DNA from: an uncultured virus (IMG/VR IMGVR_UViG_3300013137_002215)
Lineage: Duplodnaviria > Heunggongvirae > Uroviricota > Caudoviricetes
DNA: 64,000 bases
Virus record (IMG/VR): IMGVR_UViG_3300013137_002215
Strand: one strand, 5' to 3'
Of this stretch, positions 1-10,198 are shown piece after piece. The position numbers and the translations under genes are program-made. Below the pieces are notes generated by a model. The model was not told the origin of the DNA, ran no database searches, and saw only the letters and a program-made list of their open reading frames with translations. The first letter of the stretch is position 1. Each line of letters opens with the position of its first letter.

Positions 1-165
1 ATCTTTACATATTGGACAAGTAGGCTCGTGTAGTATATTTTGATTGTTTAGAGTAATTAATTGGGACATTATCCTTTCAATATCTGCTATATATATTTCT
101 GCAGGTTGTGGATCTTCTTTTTTAGGCAGAATAGGTTCCATCTTATTTGTATCTGGATTTTCCAT
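1..165 (-). CDS. hypothetical protein, 5' part only (runs off window edge)
   Basis: Manual translation MENPDTNKMEPILPKKEDPQ...HEPTCPICKD; ATG lies 6 nt after a TGTATAAT box. Confidence 0.55.
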   Translation of the reverse strand, partial: MENPDTNKMEPILPKKEDPQPAEIYIADIERIMSQLITLNNQNILHEPTCPICKD

Positions 166-172
166 GCTTCTA

Positions 173-496
173 TTATACAGATTGTTTCTTGTTTTTGGAA
201 TCAACAAGAATTATGTCTTCTGCTATATCTTTGATTATGGAAGCTAATGTATAGGGACGAGCATCTATTAAAACAGCTAGGAAATTCTGTACTTTATCTT
301 TGGGTATTGGGAAGCTCTTTTCTCGTGCGTATATTTCAAATGCTTTAATTACATCTTTAGCAGATTGACGATCATTAGATTTAATAATTAATTCGTTAAT
401 ATTATTCAAAATGGCAAGTAATTTCAATGCCGTTGGAGAAGTTTGTTTAGGCATGTTAGGAGATCTTTTTAACAGAAATAATACTTTCGGATTCAA
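173..496 (-). CDS. hypothetical protein
   Basis: ORF track; co-oriented with neighbours. Confidence 0.5.
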   Translation of the reverse strand: MNPKVLFLLKRSPNMPKQTSPTALKLLAILNNINELIIKSNDRQSAKDVIKAFEIYAREKSFPIPKDKVQNFLAVLIDARPYTLASIIKDIAEDIILVDSKNKKQSV

Positions 497-896
497 TATC
501 AGGAATATTTGAAACTAATTCTTCAGCTTTATCCCATGCTTCTTTTTCACTAAAGGCTCTAACAGTTCTACCTAAATCTAAAGAGCTTAGAATTTTACCC
601 GTAGTGTCTTCAAATTGAAAAGCGTATTCGTCACCAGTTTTATCGTCTAATTCGGTATTATTTGTAGCTTCAGATGTTATTCCTTCTGCGGCTTCACGAT
701 TTAATCCGTCAATCATTAATAATTCTATACACTCAGATTCAATTAGTCCATCTTTTAGATAAGAAACAGCTAATTTTAGAAATTTTTCGTTTTCTAATTC
801 GGCTTTTGCGGCTTGTTTTTTAAGACTGGTATAAAGACTTTCTACAAATGTTGCTCTTTGAAAATCTCTACCTGTTGCTTGTCTTATTGGACTCAT
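456..896 (-). CDS. hypothetical protein
   Basis: 146 aa ORF with AGGGA RBS. Confidence 0.6.
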   Translation of the reverse strand: MSPIRQATGRDFQRATFVESLYTSLKKQAAKAELENEKFLKLAVSYLKDGLIESECIELLMIDGLNREAAEGITSEATNNTELDDKTGDEYAFQFEDTTGKILSSLDLGRTVRAFSEKEAWDKAEELVSNIPDIESESIISVKKIS

Positions 897-954
897 ATAT
901 TCCCTAACTTTATTAATTTATTTCAATTTATCTATTATATTCCCTTTATTTATT

Positions 955-1272
955 TTATTCTTTTGCGTAATATTCCCAAGCCCCACCTGGAGTATTGGCG
1001 GTATGATGTCCACCAAATTCGCTCTCAAAATATTTCTTCATTTCTTCTTTATCATGTACATCTTCAATTTTATCAATTGCTCTACGGAACACCATTGCCA
1101 CTCTATAACTGGGATCGTCTGCGAGCGTCAAATATTCGTTCATTTTAAACCACAAATTTTTAGCAAAATCAGTAGTTAATTTAGGATCATATATCTCTTT
1201 CATTGAACTCTTCATCCATCCGGCCTTTTTACCTATAAATTGCCACTGACTTTTTGATAATGTTATTTTCAT
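955..1272 (-). CDS. hypothetical protein with N-terminal LSKSQW..GKKAGW motif
   Basis: Starts MKITLSKSQWQFIGKKAGW; motif recurs in the upstream gene. Confidence 0.65.
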   Translation of the reverse strand: MKITLSKSQWQFIGKKAGWMKSSMKEIYDPKLTTDFAKNLWFKMNEYLTLADDPSYRVAMVFRRAIDKIEDVHDKEEMKKYFESEFGGHHTANTPGGAWEYYAKE

Positions 1273-1274
1273 AA

Positions 1275-1824
1275 TTAAGCCTTTTTATCTTTTATATCGT
1301 TGCAATGTGGGCACGAAGCAACACCCATATTGTGTAAATAACGGATATTATCTTCTTTTGTGATATATCCTTTGCCATTACACATTGAGCAATTTTCTAT
1401 AGCATCTCTATATTCTGATGTGCCTAAATCTTTTATTCTATTATGAACAAGTTTTTCACCATGACATGCGGGACATTCTTTAGGATATATTTCTTCAGAA
1501 GCGACATTCTTTATCCAACCAGCTTTCTTGCCCATTTCTTCCCACTGACTTTTTGATAGCTTAAATTGCATATTATCTATCTTCGGTTTTCTGCTTCTAA
1601 CATATCCATAAACTTTTTTAAGATCTAATTGGGCTTTTCTTAAAATCCCTGTTTTTTTCTCTAGTTCTTTAATGTAGTAAATCTCGTGATACTCTAACCA
1701 CTTAATTGTTGATTGTATTTGACCTAAGACATCTTCAACAACAAAATCATTAGCATTTTGACCCTGTATAATCTTATTTTTTACCCATTTCTTCCCACTG
1801 TTTTTTAGACAATTTAATATGCAT
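1275..1824 (-). CDS. LSKSQW-motif protein with C-terminal DnaJ-type zinc finger; 5' end apparently frameshifted
   Basis: CPACHGEK...CSMCNGKG; internal MQFKLSKSQWEEMGKKAGW. The RBS-led start at 1824 gives MHIKLSKKQWEEMGKK* in another frame. Confidence 0.55.
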
Positions 1825-1899
1825 ATAATAAACTCCTTTAACACCCATTATTTCCAATTAAAATAATTAATTTCCTTCAAGGCAATTACTATTAAAATA

Positions 1900-2457
1900 T
1901 TGAATAATATGTATGTGAAAAAAAAGAAATTAGAATCTCCTGCTAAAATACGTAGAAGGCTATTTAAATTATGGAGCGAAAAAGTACGAGAAAGAGATAA
2001 TAATTCTTGTATTTTCTGTGGCATCAAAGTTGGAACAATAAATGAAAATGATAAGAAAATACGTATTGAAGCACATCACCTATTAAGCCGTTCAATACAT
2101 AATTCTCCATTAAAATTTGATATTAGAAATGGCATATCATTAGACAGCTTGCATCATAAATTTTCTCCAGAAGAAAGTTTTCATAAAGCCCCTATAATCA
2201 TGTTGGACTGGTATAAAAACAAATATCCCGAAAATCACAAGTTTATTATTGATAATTACAAAATTCGTATAGATATAGATAATCGTGTAGTTTTATATGA
2301 AATAGAAAGATGTTTAAACAATAATGAACTACTAGATTTTAATAAACTCAAAGAAATAGAAAGTAATAATCCACGAAAAATTATAAAAGAAAATATAGTT
2401 AACACAATGATTGATGCAAAAATTGAAACAAAAAAAGAAGATAACGGTCTATTCTAA
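1900..2457 (+). CDS. HNH/NinG-like endonuclease
   Basis: WSEKVRERD..CIFCG, EAHHLLSR, DIRNGISL..HH. Confidence 0.7.
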   Translation: MNNMYVKKKKLESPAKIRRRLFKLWSEKVRERDNNSCIFCGIKVGTINENDKKIRIEAHHLLSRSIHNSPLKFDIRNGISLDSLHHKFSPEESFHKAPIIMLDWYKNKYPENHKFIIDNYKIRIDIDNRVVLYEIERCLNNNELLDFNKLKEIESNNPRKIIKENIVNTMIDAKIETKKEDNGLF

Positions 2458-3654
2458 TTTCAGGTTCGTCATTGCCACAATCATTTTATTTAATGGTTGC
2501 AAGTGTGTCGTTCCATATCTTACTTCTGCTTGGCACTTCAATATAAAATCATATAATATTAAATATTTATTCAACATCTTTTCTTTAATATTTTCTACGT
2601 TTTTATTCACAAATAGAACTTTATCATGTATAAAGTCTACCATTTGAGAAGCAATAAATTTCATAGGAATTCTCTCTGTTTTATTTTTATCACCTATTTT
2701 AAAGAAATTAAGTCCATATTCGTTTTTTATATATTGCTTAAAATCTTGTTCATTTTCCATCTTTTCAACAGTACTACTTTTGACAGAAAAAGATATGTCT
2801 TTTTGTGTCAAAACTCTTGATGGGAAACCCCCCATTTGCATTAGTTTATCAGGTATTTCGTTCCAATTTGCTCCATGATACCACATAGATACAACGGTTA
2901 ATAACCAACGCGCTTTTCTAACAATTATTTCAGCAATAACATTAGGATGTATACCAGAATCAATAAAATTCTGCATTACCAGTACAGACTTACTATATGA
3001 GGCACTATCTAAAACATTTGATAATTCATATAAAACTGTAGATTTTGAAGTTTTCAGTATATTGCTATGTATAAACTCCATATCAATAACTTTGCATTTA
3101 TGATAAGTTAATAGTTCAATAGTAGATGCCAATAATCCATAATCAAAACCCACGACGTTCAATAAGGTTAACGCAACTTCTTTATCAATGTTTACTTCTT
3201 TTTGCTTACACCTGTCTAATATAAAATCTATAGCAACACGAGTATTTTTTTCCGTTAATGACTCGCCCGTATATATTGTTTTAGAGCCATGTATTAAATT
3301 AATTTCTTCTAAAAACGAACCCCATGTTTTAGATATATTCTTTGTTTTATTATCTATCTTTATATGTTGCAAAGAGTCCCAAATAATAAAATGGACATCG
3401 CAATCATGATATCTACAGAAATCCAACAGTTCTTTTCTATCTTTTTTAGTATCTGATATATCTTTAATCAATAATATCTCATTGCTATTTTCTTGAAATA
3501 AATTAGAACCCAAAATAATTTCATCTATATTTATATCGTCCAAAGAATATGTTTTCCATGAATAATCTTTATATTTTTCTTTGGCTGAATTTATGCGTTC
3601 TTTACATAAAAAGTGATCACCGTAAATAAACGTCAGAGAAGGTAAGTCGTTCAT
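2449..3654 (-). CDS. holA: DNA polymerase III delta-like clamp loader subunit
   Basis: Begins LTFIYGD; ...VALTLLNVVGFDYGLLASTIELL; adjacent to the beta clamp. Confidence 0.6.
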   Translation of the reverse strand: MNDLPSLTFIYGDHFLCKERINSAKEKYKDYSWKTYSLDDINIDEIILGSNLFQENSNEILLIKDISDTKKDRKELLDFCRYHDCDVHFIIWDSLQHIKIDNKTKNISKTWGSFLEEINLIHGSKTIYTGESLTEKNTRVAIDFILDRCKQKEVNIDKEVALTLLNVVGFDYGLLASTIELLTYHKCKVIDMEFIHSNILKTSKSTVLYELSNVLDSASYSKSVLVMQNFIDSGIHPNVIAEIIVRKARWLLTVVSMWYHGANWNEIPDKLMQMGGFPSRVLTQKDISFSVKSSTVEKMENEQDFKQYIKNEYGLNFFKIGDKNKTERIPMKFIASQMVDFIHDKVLFVNKNVENIKEKMLNKYLILYDFILKCQAEVRYGTTHLQPLNKMIVAMTNLKLE

Positions 3655-3655
3655 A

Positions 3656-4918
3656 CTATTCTTCTAAATATTTCTTGTTTTTAATAGTCAGTGTAAAATA
3701 CATAAAATCCTTATCATTATCACCAGTTATTTTCACGCTTTTATCATTTGAAGGCACCGAAATATTAATAGTGTCTGATTGCAATACTTTTAATACATCG
3801 GAAAAATGAGTAACGCCCCAAACAGCCTTATAGTCTTTAATTAATTCCAACACATCTACTTTGGTTAATATTGGTTTATATTTACCATCCATTGCTACGG
3901 TTTTTAATAATAAACTGGAGTCTTCCTTCTTAAAAGTAAATAAAGCTGCTATTTTATTAACCATACTTGCAACCGATAGAGCCTTCTTTAAGCCTGATTT
4001 ACTTATACTTACTAATTTGACATATTCGTATTTGTTTAATTCTAATACTTTAGGAAATTTATTTACTATTTCATCTTCAAAGTTATTAATACGAATAGTT
4101 AGACTAGCCTGATTAATGAATATCTTTTTAGCCTCTTTATTTATATAGAAAGATATTTTTTCCTTACTGTCCAAAATAGGAAGTATGTCCTTAATTATCT
4201 TACAAGGAATCAATAATTGAGATTCTATATTGGCGTCAGTTATCATGTCCATTTTATAAATAACACAACGATTACTATCGGTTGTTGAAAAATAGACATT
4301 ATTCTCATAAGACTGTATGGAAATATTATCAAGTATGTGTTTTACATCAACGGGTAATGCCGCAAAGCTTATTTTATCATAGCCTAACTGAAGAGCGTTT
4401 GGTATTATATCAAATATTTTAGTTCCTAATTTATCATAAGGAATATGGGGAAATTGTTCAAAATCAAAACTGTCCAAATCCCACTTACTACCTGTTTTTG
4501 CAGAATCTTTTGCAACAAATTTAGCCAAAGCAATCTTCTTAACAGTTATTTTTTGAACTCTTTCTTCCACATCTGAAACGGGATCAATAAATTCAGGATG
4601 CTCTAACAGTTTTATTTCTATTGTAATGGTTGCATCCGTTCCCTGCGTTCTAAGCCATTGGAAAAATTCTTTAGCAGGTAATACACACGAACCCTTTTCC
4701 ATTACATTAACAGAATTCTCAGGCGTTGCGGGTATAGAACAAATTGCCGACATCATAACAGAACTAGATTCAACAGAAATATCTTTATCAACACTTATTT
4801 TAATACAACTGGCAAGTAATCCAACATTATTATCAGAAAAATCAACTTCAGATAAAGCAGCTATACCGCCTTTTGATATTAAATCATGCAATACTTTTTG
4901 TTTAATAGAAAATTTCAC
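3656..4918 (-). CDS. dnaN: DNA polymerase III beta sliding clamp
   Basis: MKFSIKQKVL, GSCVLPAKEF, FSTTDSNR, KFPKV; three-domain length. Confidence 0.85.
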   Translation of the reverse strand: MKFSIKQKVLHDLISKGGIAALSEVDFSDNNVGLLASCIKISVDKDISVESSSVMMSAICSIPATPENSVNVMEKGSCVLPAKEFFQWLRTQGTDATITIEIKLLEHPEFIDPVSDVEERVQKITVKKIALAKFVAKDSAKTGSKWDLDSFDFEQFPHIPYDKLGTKIFDIIPNALQLGYDKISFAALPVDVKHILDNISIQSYENNVYFSTTDSNRCVIYKMDMITDANIESQLLIPCKIIKDILPILDSKEKISFYINKEAKKIFINQASLTIRINNFEDEIVNKFPKVLELNKYEYVKLVSISKSGLKKALSVASMVNKIAALFTFKKEDSSLLLKTVAMDGKYKPILTKVDVLELIKDYKAVWGVTHFSDVLKVLQSDTINISVPSNDKSVKITGDNDKDFMYFTLTIKNKKYLEE

Positions 4919-4925
4919 GATTATA

Positions 4926-6728
4926 TTATACAGCGAAATCGATCAGGTCATATTTCCTAACTAGAAACGATAATAATTCCTCTTTGTTTGCACTAATTAT
5001 AAACCGTTTTTCTGTTTCATTAAAAATCGGCACAGAGAAAGAAGCTATATAATTTTTATGATAGCAATAATAGCCACAACCATTCTTAGCACTTGTTTTT
5101 TTCATATAATATTCCATAATTTCAGAATTTAATATTCTATTCAAGATTGATATATCTTCTTTTAAAAACACAGCATATCCATTATAAAACAAAGAATCGT
5201 CATCGTTATCTAATACAAAATTTGGTTTGGCGTTCAATGTTTTAATTAACAATTTCTTACCGGTAACATTTAATCCTTGTTCTCGCCCATAAGCATACCA
5301 CACCTTGATTTTTTTACCCTTATCACGTAAACCTAGTTCGTTTTTAATAGCCAACAAATAATCATAAGCTCTAGGATATAGTGTTTTAAGTTCTTCTTCG
5401 TTTATTATCTTATTTTTTCCATTTTGATTATTATATGGGAATATTATTCTTTGTGTATTTTTTATAAGATCTTGTTCGTTATTAATATCCGCCACTTTAA
5501 CTATTTTTTTAGTTATATCTTTCTCTATATAATACTGTTTTTTGTTATACTCTTTAATATAATAGCCATTTATCTCGTTACCATTCAAAATATATAAAGA
5601 GTCTTTCAATGTCATAATTCCAACACGTATCTTCGCCATCTTACTTAATGGTATGCCTATGTTTTCTATTTTCCTTATGTTGTATAAGTCATTATCACAC
5701 AACATCTTCCACTTGCCATTATTAATATCCGTATTCTTTATTTTTTTAAAACTCATATTGCCATTTTTAAAGGAAAAAATATTGTCAATCAGTGCATAAT
5801 CTATTTCTGGCTTATTACTTTTAGTCAACAATGTAATAGCAGTATAATTGGCGGTATCTTTAAACATCCTTATATGCTTAAAATCTATAATTTTATCAAT
5901 ATACCCATTATCATTTAGAAGTTTTCTCAATTGTTGACCAGATAATGAGGTGAAGTAATTATTTGGTGTAATATATCCCATTTTGCCTTTTGGATTTAAC
6001 AAACTTAATCCCAATTCAAAAAAGGCATAATATAAGTTACAATTACCCTTTTCTAACGTCTTATATTTTTGTATCAGAACAGGTTTTAAATCTTTATCAA
6101 AATTCTGAATTTTAACATAAGGGGGATTGCCAATTATTCCATCAAAGCCATTATTATCAAACACATTTTTGAATTCATTTCTCCAGTCAAAAATCAAACT
6201 ATTACAACATTTCAAATTAAACCCTATATTCTCGCTATCTTCATTGTTTTGTAACGCTAATAATGACAAAACAATCTTGGTATTTTCTATATTGTCATTT
6301 AGAATGTCTGCACCATAAATATTGTTTTCTATTGTATGTATTATGGACTTGTTGGCTATTTTTCTACATGCCGATATTAAAAAAGAACCCGAACCACATG
6401 AACAATCACAAATAGTAAAATTATTATTTTTCTCTATTACATAATCATTAATATAATCTATAATGAAATCAGGCGTATAAAAAACACCATTTACCTTTTT
6501 ATTTTCCAATAACAATTCAAAGATATCAATAATGTTATTTAGATTTAAATGGTTATTGGACAACAATTCACTAATTTTTGCTTCGCATTCGGGATAATTA
6601 TTAATATACCGTATTAAGATTTTATTTTTAGTAACAAATTTATTACTATTGATAAAAAAAGAAATAATTGAACTTTTTATTATGTCGTCAGAGTACAATA
6701 GTTTCAACAAAGATACAAGTTTCTTCAT
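4926..6728 (-). CDS. N6-adenine DNA methyltransferase (Eco57I/TaqI-like, with target recognition domain)
   Basis: GVFYTP, DCSCGSGSF (motif I), IIGNPPY (motif IV). Confidence 0.9.
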   Translation of the reverse strand: MKKLVSLLKLLYSDDIIKSSIISFFINSNKFVTKNKILIRYINNYPECEAKISELLSNNHLNLNNIIDIFELLLENKKVNGVFYTPDFIIDYINDYVIEKNNNFTICDCSCGSGSFLISACRKIANKSIIHTIENNIYGADILNDNIENTKIVLSLLALQNNEDSENIGFNLKCCNSLIFDWRNEFKNVFDNNGFDGIIGNPPYVKIQNFDKDLKPVLIQKYKTLEKGNCNLYYAFFELGLSLLNPKGKMGYITPNNYFTSLSGQQLRKLLNDNGYIDKIIDFKHIRMFKDTANYTAITLLTKSNKPEIDYALIDNIFSFKNGNMSFKKIKNTDINNGKWKMLCDNDLYNIRKIENIGIPLSKMAKIRVGIMTLKDSLYILNGNEINGYYIKEYNKKQYYIEKDITKKIVKVADINNEQDLIKNTQRIIFPYNNQNGKNKIINEEELKTLYPRAYDYLLAIKNELGLRDKGKKIKVWYAYGREQGLNVTGKKLLIKTLNAKPNFVLDNDDDSLFYNGYAVFLKEDISILNRILNSEIMEYYMKKTSAKNGCGYYCYHKNYIASFSVPIFNETEKRFIISANKEELLSFLVRKYDLIDFAV

Positions 6729-7693
6729 CGTAATATAAATAATGGTACGTCTTCCAGTTTATTAGTAATCTTAACTAAACAATAAGCCTTTTTACGTATT
6801 CTTAACAATGCATTATCTATACTCTTAGTTCCACAACGCTTTCTTACAGCCGCAGAAACATTTTTAGCTATTTCTTTATAAGATGAACTATTTAAATATT
6901 CTTTTAAGACTATTCTTTCAAAAGAAGATAATGCGTTATACAATGTGTTTTTAGTTACATTCATCGCCTCATCTCTTTCCATTATCTCATCAGCTACGGG
7001 GTTCGGATCTCCTATTATATTTGAATAAGTATTTCTATTCTCGTCGTTTTCATTATCTATGTCCATAGGTGTACTATCTAAAGAAACTGCCTGATTCATT
7101 GACTGATCCTTTTTTCTGGTACGAGAAGTATTTAAAAGAGTTATTAAATGTCTTCTTATGCACATCTTGGCAAAATTTAAAAAACTCATACCTTTATGTT
7201 TCTTAAAATTAGGTATAGCTTTAAATCTTAAAGAAATTAACGATTCCTGATAGATATCAGATGATTGATACCCTTTAATATACGGAAATTTCTTTAAAAC
7301 AACACTAATCAGATATCCATGCATATAAAGATGAATTTTGTTAAATATATCCATGTTTCCAGGGTTTTTCTGCATTTTTTTAACTAAAGAATCAAGTTGT
7401 TTTTGAACTTGTTTTGGAGTTCCAATAATAGGATCTTTAACAACAGGAACCTTAAACAATATTTGCTCCATGTTACTTTTATTTTCTTTAGAATCTTTAT
7501 TTTCTATTCTTGTTACAACGTCTTCGTCTGCCGTATCAAGTATTTCTGCCTCTATCTTTTTAACATAGTTTCTTTTAAGTTTTTGAACATCTGATTTATT
7601 TTCTTTTTTTGTTTTCTTAAATATCTTTTTTATTATTTTATTTTTATGTAAATATTTTCTTTTTTTATGTTTTATAATATGCTTCTTGCGCAT
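6725..7693 (-). CDS. SigH-like RNA polymerase sigma factor with basic N-terminal extension
   Basis: SFLNFAKMCIRRHLIT, AVSLD, LSSFERIVL..SYKEIA, KSIDNALLRIRKK (sigma-H-like C-terminus). Confidence 0.8.
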   Translation of the reverse strand: MRKKHIIKHKKRKYLHKNKIIKKIFKKTKKENKSDVQKLKRNYVKKIEAEILDTADEDVVTRIENKDSKENKSNMEQILFKVPVVKDPIIGTPKQVQKQLDSLVKKMQKNPGNMDIFNKIHLYMHGYLISVVLKKFPYIKGYQSSDIYQESLISLRFKAIPNFKKHKGMSFLNFAKMCIRRHLITLLNTSRTRKKDQSMNQAVSLDSTPMDIDNENDENRNTYSNIIGDPNPVADEIMERDEAMNVTKNTLYNALSSFERIVLKEYLNSSSYKEIAKNVSAAVRKRCGTKSIDNALLRIRKKAYCLVKITNKLEDVPLFILR

Positions 7694-7748
7694 CCACTTC
7701 TCCTTCGGGAAAAGGGCAACTTAAAATAATATAATTGTATCGCATATA

Positions 7749-8843
7749 TTATGGTTCTCTTAGGGTCAATATACAATTAATTAAAGCTGCCTCCATAACC
7801 CATCTAATATTTAAATGATACTCTAATTTCTTTTCTATCTCCGAAAATATATCGCACATCTTCAAAAGTTGACTGCACTTCAAGTTTTCGCCAGCCTCTT
7901 TTAGAAGTTTAATTTCAAAATCAGGAAGATCAACAATATTGCCAAAAGAATTTTTCTTGGCTTTAATTATCATAATAGCCCTAAGCAATTCTGATATTTC
8001 ATATAGTATTTCTTTAGGATCAACAGAAGATATAACCAAATCATTAATTCTATCTAAAACAACAGCAACATCTTGTTTAATTATAGCGCTTACAATTTCA
8101 AATAATATTGAACGATCTGCAAATCCAAAATATTTACTTATAAAACCAACATCAATGAGTTCATTGCCCTTTAACGTATACACCTGTTCTAATAAGGTTA
8201 TCGCATTCCTTAAACTGCCCCTCGCAATTTTAGCTAATATATGAAGTGCAGTGTCTTCAATCCTTATCTTTTCTTTTTGTGCTATTATTTTAATACGACC
8301 AAAAATATCTATAGATTGTATCTTTTTAAAATTAAATCGTTGACATCTATCAGATATCGTAGGAAGCATTTTGTTTATGTTCGTAGTACAAAGTATAAAA
8401 ACAACATGTTCTGGAGGCTCTTCTAAATCTTTTAATAATGCAGAAAAGGCTTCGGAACTTAGTTGGTGACATTCATCTATCAAATAAACCTTCTTTTTTA
8501 ATTCTTGAGGTGTCCATTTTGAAGCACTCAATATTTCCTTAATGTTATCTATGCCTCTTTCGGTAGCGGCATTTAATTCTAAAAAATCAACCGAAGAATC
8601 AGACATAATTGATATACACGCACGACATTTCCCACATATTTTTCCATCTTTGGGATTTTCACAATTAATAAGAGCGGCGATAATTCTACCTATTGTGGTC
8701 TTTCCAGAACCATGCATCCCACTTAATAAATAAGCATTAGAAAAACGATTATTAATAGATGCTTGTTTAAATGTATCGGTAATAAATGGCTGTCCTACAA
8801 CATCTTCTAATTGAACAGGTCTATATTTGGTTGCAAAAGACAT
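7749..8843 (-). CDS. dnaX: DNA polymerase III gamma/tau subunit
   Basis: KYRP..EDVVGQ, GMHGSGKTT, CGKCRAC, IDECHQLS, LEEPP. Confidence 0.95.
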   Translation of the reverse strand: MSFATKYRPVQLEDVVGQPFITDTFKQASINNRFSNAYLLSGMHGSGKTTIGRIIAALINCENPKDGKICGKCRACISIMSDSSVDFLELNAATERGIDNIKEILSASKWTPQELKKKVYLIDECHQLSSEAFSALLKDLEEPPEHVVFILCTTNINKMLPTISDRCQRFNFKKIQSIDIFGRIKIIAQKEKIRIEDTALHILAKIARGSLRNAITLLEQVYTLKGNELIDVGFISKYFGFADRSILFEIVSAIIKQDVAVVLDRINDLVISSVDPKEILYEISELLRAIMIIKAKKNSFGNIVDLPDFEIKLLKEAGENLKCSQLLKMCDIFSEIEKKLEYHLNIRWVMEAALINCILTLREP

Positions 8844-8894
8844 GCAAAATACTTCTATTTGAATAATACATTATTAATTATACAGTGTTAATTA

Positions 8895-9353
8895 TTATTT
8901 TTTACGTTTTATAAGTATTTTTTTAATTATTTCTTCAAAATCAGATAAATTACCACTATTTAATATCAGATTTTTACCTTGTTCCTGTTCATTTTTGGTT
9001 ATTTTGAACACATTTATGGCGGTATTTTTAAGTTCCTCTTCTGTTGCATTATCTATTACTACATTTTCTTTATCATCGGGCACAGTAATTAAAGTTAAAT
9101 TAAGCCAATATGTTTTACAAAATTTATTACCTTTTTGCCTTATTATTTCTATACTCTCTTTAATATTATTTTCATTTAGACTGTTAGGTGATAGTTTTTT
9201 AGCAAATTCAATTATCTTTTCATGCAAATCAACTTTATAAAAACCATGTTTAACCAGTATGTTACAGGCAGTTGTTTTTCCACAACCGGACTCACCAACA
9301 AAAGCAATAACATTTTTTACTGTTTTCTTTTTATTTGTCTTTTTCATTGACAT
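8895..9353 (-). CDS. P-loop nucleotide kinase-like protein
   Basis: VIAFVGESGCGKTT. Confidence 0.65.
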   Translation of the reverse strand: MSMKKTNKKKTVKNVIAFVGESGCGKTTACNILVKHGFYKVDLHEKIIEFAKKLSPNSLNENNIKESIEIIRQKGNKFCKTYWLNLTLITVPDDKENVVIDNATEEELKNTAINVFKITKNEQEQGKNLILNSGNLSDFEEIIKKILIKRKK

Positions 9354-10195
9354 TAGCTTCCAAATGCCTTGTCAACTCCAACAAAAGGAATAGTGGTTTT
9401 AATAATACCAACTGCAGCAGGTAATGATAAAGGCTTAGTCATACAATAAATCGTTGTAGAAAAAACATAAGCGTTTAAGTCAATAGTGGAAAGGTCATCA
9501 GATGCACTTATAAACTCCTTACCTTCTTTATTATATACAACAATATTGCCAGTAACTTCTTGCATTCCCAATCTTAAATCAGATGGTAAAAAGGGCGAAT
9601 ATTCACTTTCATTATTCGCAGTATAAATTGATGTTACATTATTATTAGCAGAAAATTCAAACGAAAACACATCTCCGCTTCCAAAAATACTAGAACTAAC
9701 AGATATTTTGTCCCACGTTATAAGTTTATGAGCCGTTTCATAACCAGGACTTCCTTCATTTGTATCTTCTTCTCCTAATGCATAAAATGAAGTTTGTATA
9801 TGTGCAATATCTCCTGCGGTTACATTGAAAGAATAATTATCCAATCTACAATCATAAAAAGTTCTAGTTATATTCTCACAGTCATAATGAACAACAATTT
9901 TATCAATATACTCTCCCGTTTTAATATAGCTAAATAGAGATTCTGTTTCTTCTTGCAAAGGAAAAGACAGACTTCCTCCAATTTTTGCAACAGACGGTCT
10001 ACCTATTCTTTTTTGCGTTTGAATTACACCGACATTTTCACCCTTTGTTGAAGAATCACTAGGAACAGTATCGTTTAAACCAATTACATGATCATAGAAA
10101 ACATAGTCTTGCTCAACGTTAATATTAATATCGCTACATCTGATAATATTACCGTCTACTTCAGCTACACCAATATATCCAGGAACAATCGCCAT
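9353..10195 (-). CDS. putative phage tail-tube-like structural protein
   Basis: Acidic and beta-rich with two tube-like halves (GGSLSF; FEFSANNNV..LPSDLRLGMQEVTGNI); pattern recognition only. Confidence 0.45.
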   Translation of the reverse strand: MAIVPGYIGVAEVDGNIIRCSDININVEQDYVFYDHVIGLNDTVPSDSSTKGENVGVIQTQKRIGRPSVAKIGGSLSFPLQEETESLFSYIKTGEYIDKIVVHYDCENITRTFYDCRLDNYSFNVTAGDIAHIQTSFYALGEEDTNEGSPGYETAHKLITWDKISVSSSIFGSGDVFSFEFSANNNVTSIYTANNESEYSPFLPSDLRLGMQEVTGNIVVYNKEGKEFISASDDLSTIDLNAYVFSTTIYCMTKPLSLPAAVGIIKTTIPFVGVDKAFGS

Positions 10196-10198
10196 GTT

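Noticed and set aside
4926..6728. Complete restriction-modification system
   Set aside because: No recognisable cognate endonuclease domain or adjacent gene; treated as an orphan MTase.
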